A DNA stretch of 45,644 bases from Dimargaris cristalligena (taxonomy: Eukaryota), in contig ML002301.1 of NCBI GenBank assembly GCA_003614675.1, positions 1 to 45,644 of the forward strand, written 5' to 3'. A model generated the notes under the pieces. It saw only the letters and a program-made list of their open reading frames with translations, searched no databases and was not told the DNA's origin. The translations under genes were made by a program, and so were the position numbers. Of the stretch, positions 38,401-45,644 are shown piece after piece; position 1 is the stretch's first letter, and every line of letters begins with the position of its first letter.

Positions 38401-38628
38401 GTCCTTGGGCGGTTCCAGGGTACATCCGGCGTGGATGGGTATCGGAATTAGTGGTCCGGTATAGTTGTAGAAGGCGGACTCGTCGCCCTCGTAGTCATAG
38501 CAGGGAAAGGACCGGTCCTGGCTGGTGGACCGGGTGTGGTCGGTGCTGGTGCGGAGTAGGGCTTGGCAAGTGGTTAGTAGTATGCACCAAACCACCGGAG
38601 CCAACCACCATCTCAGGGGGCGGCGCAT
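35465..38628 (-). CDS. Uncharacterised membrane protein with signal peptide, PA-like ectodomain, seven predicted TM helices and a Ser/Thr-rich cytoplasmic tail. Exons 38628-38302, 37956-37343, 36989-36775, 36546-36479 and 36130-35465, about 629 aa
   Basis: Four GT-AG introns join four ORF-track fragments in frame (1890 nt in total). N-terminus MRRPLRWWLAPVVWCILLTTCQA is signal-like. Seven hydrophobic segments were counted by eye. Confidence 0.8.
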
Positions 38629-41169
38629 AGGTGGGATAGTGGGTTATATTAAGCTGGAAAGGGTTAGAGCAGTTCTCCGCAGCTGGACATGGGATGCGGT
38701 ATGCTGGGAAACACAACGTGGGCGAGTAGATGAATAACTAAAGAACGATTCAGGTAGAGGGGGATACTAGTAGACGTGTTGAATTTCTTATAAAAACAAT
38801 AATAATAATGAAAATAGTAGTAACAATTAGGTAGAACTAAAGGCCAGACAGGAGGCGTACGATGCAGGAGCGGATGCGAGAGCTGGAGAGGAAAAATACA
38901 TTAATGCGAGGAAGGGTCGCTCTCAAGGTTAAGTCCCGCTACATGAGTTACGGATAGCGCGGCTAAGTGATGTTAAAATATATAAAGGTGTATAAGCAGC
39001 GCCGGACGGATTGCCTGCGATGAATTTAAAATATTACAGAGCGCGATATTGTAAATGAAAAATAGATATATTATTGTCAGAGAATCAATTTACCATACAT
39101 AAAATGTGCATAAAAATGAGAGTTACGGAAGTGGGGAGGAGGGCAGGCGGGTGTAGATATAGTGGGCATAAAGGAGACGAGACCTAGAGGGCTAATGGAC
39201 TGGGTCTTTGACTACCATAAAGGCGCGTTGATTACTATAGGCATCGTGCATTAAATAACTGAGGACGCAACTGTACAGGTAGCAGGGGTTGCATTAGATA
39301 GATGGGAGCGAACGAAGTGCTAGAGTAAAACAGGGGTGTCTATAGACTTAACATGCGGGAGGAGGGGGGATGTATGAGATAAAAAGAGAGAATATATGTG
39401 TGAGGGCGTGCAAAGGAGATTCTATTAACAGTAGGTCCAGGAATCTTAGATTACATGTGTGTTACCAATGTGGTGGCGAAAAGATATCACTTATAATATC
39501 CGGCGTATTCAGGCTCCGAGTAGCAGTCTCCCCCCTCCCTTGTTCACCCTCTGGTCCCTGGACTTAATTGTCCCCATTAGCGAGCTTTATTCATGCGGCC
39601 TGCCACTATATTGTCCGTTTTGGCGGTTGCCAAGGCCCCGTTCAGCCGCGAATCCCTCCCCCCTCTCTCTCGCTCGCTCGCTCGGGGGCAACATCACTTT
39701 AACAGCAAGAGTATAGGTTTATAGGGGCACCCGTGCTACCCAGGCTGCTTGGGGCTCTTTAAATTAAGGCCTGCGGATAATGCGAACAGTGGTGGTGCAT
39801 TTGCCTATTGAGCAGGGTTTACATGGTCGTATTCCATATAAATCCGCCGCATTCCCGACTCCCCAAGTCGCATACAGGCCGAGGAGCGTGGGGGTAGCTG
39901 AGATTAAAGATACTCCCTTGGGCCAGCTATAGATGTCGAAGCTCTAACCGGCACACTGCGAATTGGCCTCAATGGTACAGACTATTGTAGTCGGACCAAC
40001 CGCAATCGAGGGACTCTGTATGGTTCCTTCCATTCGACCCTTTCGTAAATTATATGCCCAACAACGGCACAAGCCCACCAAGACTAAGTCGGCCGTTTTC
40101 TTCTTCTTCTTTGGTTGCACACCGCTCGTCCTAATCGGTAACTGGCCGAGACTCTATTCTATTTTTACTCTGGCTGCAGCTCAATCGATCTTTATCGGGC
40201 ACCCATTATCCCTCCCATCGTTCGGCCAATGATAATTAGGGTACACAGATTTTGGTCGGTTTCTTTGAACACCACCCAATCGAACCATCCACTCGTATTC
40301 GAACCGCGACTATTCCTTTAATAGAGTCCATCCGCTATTTTTTTATCCACGCCCTTACTCCTTCGAATAAAACAACCTCCCCTGCTCTTTCACGAATACC
40401 GAATTGACCAGGGGGAGGGGAAGGTTAGGGTCAATCGGCGCTGCTAAATATCTACACTCTTATTCAGCTAGCACTCCACCCATGCTTTAGAATATTCGCA
40501 TTAATGTCCGAGGGCCAGTGTAGGCGATCCTGGCCTAACCCAGGGGAGGTGTGGTAGGAGTGCGGGCGAGCCCTGTAATGAGGGGGGGGGGCATAGGTTG
40601 AGCCAGAAATAGCCTCCCCTCCCTATATTGTAAAAGAGGGATAGGCCGGCTCTAATCGCCATTGGTCAAACCTGGATAGACCAGGGATGTGGTTGTACTT
40701 TAAACAGCAAAGGCAAGGTGTGTAAACCCAATACCTAAAGCGAGCATTGTCTCCATGATCAATACAGCGGTTAGGTAGATTTTCCATGCGCCTAAAAGGC
40801 ACACTGAGCTTCCCGTATCAATTAATTTGTCACCATTTTCTTTGTAACTGGTTACGGTTGGTAGCCGAAAAAGATATTATATCATTAGATCTGGAGAACT
40901 AACCGGCGGGTATGATCGAAAACACAGCCATTGCAATATGGCCATACATGCCCCCCTCCCCTTCTCTCAGTAAGCCAAATTGATGGCATTAATTATGGTG
41001 ACTATGGTTTGCCAATATCCTACAGACTAGAGAACTTAAGCATTCCTATTGACTGTAATAACATAATTTTTGGTATATATTATAGATTTAATACAGTAAA
41101 GTGATGATATATTTAAATGTAAACCAATAATTTGACTATACTGGCATACCGACTGGTGGGCATCACCTA

Positions 41170-43030
41170 TTAAATGATAAACTTCGAAGCAGGGAGACTG
41201 GCTTTACACAGGCGGGCCATCAGCCCGGTCAACTGTACCAGTGTCTGCACTCCCTCCAGAATTTTCATGTGGGTCATTCCAATTTCCTTGATGAAATCGA
41301 GTTTCAGGCCCTCGGCCATCACCCCGTCCAATTTAACCACTCGGAAAAGGGTAGTAATAATGTCGAGGGCACTGTACCCCTGGCCCCAGAGGTCCCGCAG
41401 CAGTTGGCAGGCCGGTTCCACCTCCCCTTTAGCACAGTGCTCAAGCATGCTCTGTACAATGACGGGGTGGGGCTGGTCACATACTTTAAAGACATTTTCC
41501 GAGTTCACATGGCCGAACCCGCTGTTCGTTGCTTGTAGATTGTTGACGGCCTGGCGCATGTCGCCCTCGGCCGAGAAAACGATGGCGTCGAGCCCTTCCG
41601 GATCGTACGATACCTAAACCGAAAAGAAAAGAAAAGGCAGAGAACAAATATACATACGTTAGAAAGTGCACTCGCGGAGTTATTCGAGGATCACAGTAGT
41701 GGTCGGGCGGGTTATTAAAGTTGACGAAATATCGCCATGCAATACCGGAATGGGGAGCATACCGGATTGGTCTTGCTTTAGGTATGGTATTTCTTTTAAA
41801 AAAACCCCAAGCGAAAAACCTCAGGTTAAAATAATTTTTTACCTTTTCCATTTCACAGATTTCAAGTAGGCGTTTGGTCAACTGCTTATCGCCTAACTTG
41901 CCATACCGGAGAATGGCACATCGGCTCTGAATCGGTTCAATAATTTTGCTTGACATGTTGCAAGCCAAGGCAAACCGGGTAGTGTTGGAGTATATTTCCA
42001 TGGTTCGTCGCAATGCTTGCTGGGCACCTGGTGTCATGCTGTTATATTACGCCCATTACCGATATTTATATATACACAATGTTTGGTTTCAGCCATTCGA
42101 TCATGTCAATTTAGGCAATTATCCGGATAGGTTTGAGGTGTGATGGCCCTTGAATTACCGAGCACGTTGGGGTCGTTAATCGTTATTGGGATAGTATCCA
42201 GCAGCGTCAAATGCGAGTATTGTTAGTTATACACTAATGCTTACCTATCAGCTTCGTCCAAAATAATAATCTTATGACGGCCCGCAGGCAGCGTAACCTT
42301 TTTTTGGGCGAACATTTTAATTCGGTTACGCACGACGTCAATACCCCTATATTTTGTGCCGCGATTCGGAAAATAAGTCACATTTAGAAATGAGTAGGTA
42401 AATAATAGGTGCCATAGACTTAATAACCCAGTCTAAAAGAGCGAATGGGCCACACGTTAGGATCATGGGATACCCAGTGGTTTACGAAATCGGGTTGGTA
42501 CGGCATCACTTACCGATCGTCGGACGCGTTAAGTTCAAGCACCGCTTCCTTGTAGGCCGGTCCCAGTAACTCGTGGGCCAGACATAGGACACTCGTAGTT
42601 TTACCGATACCCGGAGCACCCTGCATTTTAATGAGTATAAAAAAAGGCACGATAAGGCAATTGGTCGAAATTTGGTGGGATTGTCAAGGGCGGGAAAACT
42701 CTATGGTTTGCGCTAAACAGTCCAAAATCGCGGGGCTCAAGGATAAAGGAAGTAGAGGGCATATGGGTAAATCGGGGCGCTCCACTAAGGCGACAAACCC
42801 CGCCGGTAGTAGCGAGTGCATTCGGGATAAGTAGTAACTGCGTTTAGACTTACCGTAATGATAAGGTTGGGCAGATTGCCTTCCTGGGAGATGACCTTCA
42901 ACCTCTCAACGGTCTCCTCATTGCCTACAATGTCATTGAGACGAATGGGGCGGTACTTCTCGACCCAGGGCAGGTTATCAGAATCGGACGAGCCCGTAGT
43001 TGACTTGGAAGGTGCGGCCATGGCTGCCAT
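41170..43030 (-). CDS. RFC4: Replication factor C small subunit (yeast Rfc4/human RFC2). Exons 43030-42854, 42620-42514, 42346-42245, 42038-41843 and 41613-41170, about 341 aa
   Basis: [66 protein letters not shown] motif (IQSRC), [11 protein letters not shown] and VCDQPHP. Confidence 0.96.
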
Positions 43031-43591
43031 TATGTTCACGTCGAGAGGAGTTAAGTAGTGGTTCTCGGTTAAAGAAACGGAGATTCAACAATTCAAAACA
43101 TATATATGTGTGTGTAAGTTACAGACAGTTAATGGAGCAACACACCGCCCTGTCGGTATAGGGCTAGGCCTGGCTTAAGGTGTGCATTTGGCTTGTTTGT
43201 GGCTCGATGGGAAACGGAGCTACAGATTGTTGTGTTGTTAAGCTGAGCGAGTTTCTGTTTACCGCAGTCTGGATCACGTGGATCAAACCCCGGTAAAGAC
43301 GTGGGTCAATTCTGTCCTCAAGCAAGTGGATGGGGGCAGAAAGTACAGTCCAGCAGATTGGTGGTAGCGGGTGTGGGTCATTTTAGGGGGGAAAATGTTA
43401 TTCGTCAGACCACTCGTCACCATCAGATAAGTAAGTGGTCCAGGTGAATTTTTAGTTCTTGGCAAGCTGGCCCACAATTAAATACAATACATGGGGTTAC
43501 TGGGTGTAAGCGCCTCAACCCATTTGCTACCGCAACCCGTTGCATTCTAACCTATTTATCCCCTTAACTTGTCCATTGACCCGATTTCCTC

Positions 43592-45283
43592 ATGTCAGCT
43601 CTTCGTCGTCTAGCAATTGTCGGCAGCGGTCCCGCCGGGTTCTACACGGCTGCCCGTGTGCTCGGCCGTTCCGCCGGCAACGTAGCCATTGATATGTTCG
43701 AGTCCCTCCCCATTCCCCATGGCTTGGTTCGTTATGGAGTGGCTCCTGACCATCCCGAAGTCAAAGTAAGTAGTCATATCTGGGAGCCAGCTAGGACACT
43801 GTTGGAAGTCCAGCGCCTGTCTCCATAGCCCATTTTCTTAAACATACTTAAAAGTATATTCTCAGCTGGCCCGAGTATCTTGTATCTAATATTCGTAGCA
43901 TAACTAACTAATATTCCCACCCATATGTTTTAATCCGGAATAATACCGGCTGCGTGACTCTGTATCAACTCTAATGACCAGATCGTTATCAATCGGTTTG
44001 ATGAAGTGGCCACCAACCCCCATTTTCGTTTCTTCGGCAATGTAACCATCGGCCAAGATGTAAGCGTCGCCGAACTAGCCCAACACTACGACGGTATTGT
44101 TTTGGCCTACGGGGCTAGTCAAGACAAGACCCTAGGCTTGGATCAGGAAACCACCACCAAGGGTGTACTCTCCGCCCGTTCGTTCGTGGGCTGGTACAAC
44201 GGTCACCCGGACTACCAGGATTTGGACTTGGACCTTACCAACACCGATACCGCTGTGGTAGTTGGGCATGGCAATGTGGCCCTGGATGTAGCCCGGGTCC
44301 TACTTTCCCCCATTGACCGACTGGCCACCACCGATATCACCGCCCAGGCCCTGGATACCCTTCGCACGAGCCGAATCCGGCATGTCCATCTCTTGGGCCG
44401 ACGGGGACCCCTTCAGGTACAGTTCACCACCAAAGAACTTCGTGAAATGTTTTCAATTGCGAATCTAGCTCTGCGCACCGATCTCCCTCTACTCACTCGT
44501 GAATTAGAACGCGGCAAGGCCCACATTGCTTCCCGCCGACCGCTCAAGCGTTTGTTGGACCTCTTGTACAAACAGGTCAGTCAGGCAGCCAGCTCCACCC
44601 ATCCTCCGGTTTTAGGGTCGGAACTACCCAAGACCTGGTCCCTGGACTTTCTGACCAGTCCACAGGCCCTTGTTACCGCCCCACCCCCCACCCTTTCCGA
44701 CCCGGCCCTTGAGCCATATACCGGAACATTAACCGGACTGACAGTATGCCATAATACCCTCGAAGGCCCCGTCGAGTCCCCCCGTGCCATTGCCACGGAC
44801 CAAACCCATACGATTGAAACTGGCCTTCTCCTACGCAGTATTGGGTATCGCAGCGAAGCTGTGGATCCCAGTGTGCCATTTGATACCCGCCACCATATCG
44901 TTCCCAACTCTCAGGGCCGAGTCGATCCGGCTCTCTTGGCGGCCCACCATTGTACATTACCGCTCGGTATGTATGTGTCGGGTTGGTTGAAGCGAGGCCC
45001 TAGTGGGGTGATCGTGTCGACTATGAGTGACGCTTTTGAAACGGCCGAAGCCATCTTGTCCGATATCGACCAGTCCCCGAGCTCGGACCTGGTCCCGAGT
45101 ACCCCGTCCTCGTCCATACTAGAACTCCTTCGGGCCCGCGGCAAAGTGCCCGTTACCTACGCTGACTGGAAACGAATTGAAAAATACGAGTTTGCCCAGG
45201 GACAGCTGCAGGGCAAGCCCCGCGAGAAACTAACCCGGGTTGAAGATATGCTCCAGACCCTCCAGTTGCCCAGCTCCCACTAA
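43592..45283 (+). CDS. ARH1: NADPH:adrenodoxin/ferredoxin oxidoreductase. Exons 43592-43765 and 43982-45283, about 491 aa
   Basis: AIVGSGPAGFY, GLVRYGVAPDHPEVK, SARSFVGWYNGHP, VGHGNVALDVAR, GRRGP, RSIGY, GWLKRGPSGVI and GKPREK. GTAAGT donor at 43766 and CAG acceptor at 43981 (phase 0). Confidence 0.96.
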
Positions 45284-45644
45284 TGAGTGATGGGGGGCCT
45301 TCCGGGAGTCGATGGTGTTTTAGACTATTTAGATACTATAGAAAACCAGACGTTTTCTTTGGGTTTTCCTTGGAATGTGGTTTTTGTATTGCATTGAATA
45401 TATAATGGGCATAATCCATACTTTGAATATATTACACATTGATTTGTAATTGCGTTGGGATGGCGGTCTGTTGGCCATAGTCAATTTAGATTTTGGAGCA
45501 ACGAATTTGACGGCGTACACCCTCGGACTACGCCTGGTGACCTCCCGTTAAGCCGTGACATACCGAAGGTAGGTTAAATGCCGATTCCTAATACCTCTCT
45601 AGTCGAATAGAAGAGCATACGACTGGCTTAACATACACCATTTA

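Noticed and set aside
39885-39950. ggggtagctgaga resembling the CUGAGA core of a TPP riboswitch
   Set aside because: The downstream GAA-CUGAU...UAAU...GCG elements are absent and no thiamine gene is nearby.
40270-40312. GGTTCGA T-loop-like words on the minus strand
   Set aside because: No cloverleaf or acceptor stem could be built.
14175-43981. Search for U12-type (minor) introns among the reconstructed introns
   Set aside because: All donors are U2-like (GTAAGT, GTAAGC, GTAAGG, GTAGGT, GTACG, GTGAGT, GTAAAA); none shows RTATCCTT.

Overview
Eukaryotic fungal genomic DNA with GT-AG spliceosomal introns of about 165-355 nt, GC-rich coding exons and long intergenic stretches. The gene style suggests an early-diverging fungus, possibly Zoopagomycota; this is inference. 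I reconstructed 11 protein-coding genes by hand, and each multi-exon model splices to a length divisible by 3 and ends in a stop: YIP1 (+), a DUF1752 plus double-finger GATA factor (-), RNase P/MRP subunit RPP30/RPP1 (+), COQ6 (-), a divergent 7-exon RagC/D (Gtr2-like) GTPase (-), a zeta-crystallin-type quinone oxidoreductase (+), PNO1 (-), a receiver-domain cyclic-nucleotide phosphodiesterase (+), an uncharacterised 5-exon signal peptide/PA-like/7TM protein (-), the RFC small subunit RFC4/RFC2 (-) and ARH1/FDXR (+). I recognised no tRNA, rRNA, CRISPR array or transposon. The most notable observations are: (1) the GPCR-like PA-7TM protein convergent with a RegA-like REC-PDE; (2) a Rag GTPase whose switch II Gln is replaced by Ser; (3) an AreA/Gat1-type GATA factor with two tandem fingers and inverted GATA sites upstream of its own start codon; (4) kilobase-long ATG-depleted leaders with uORFs; (5) a ~147-bp tandem duplication downstream of PNO1.
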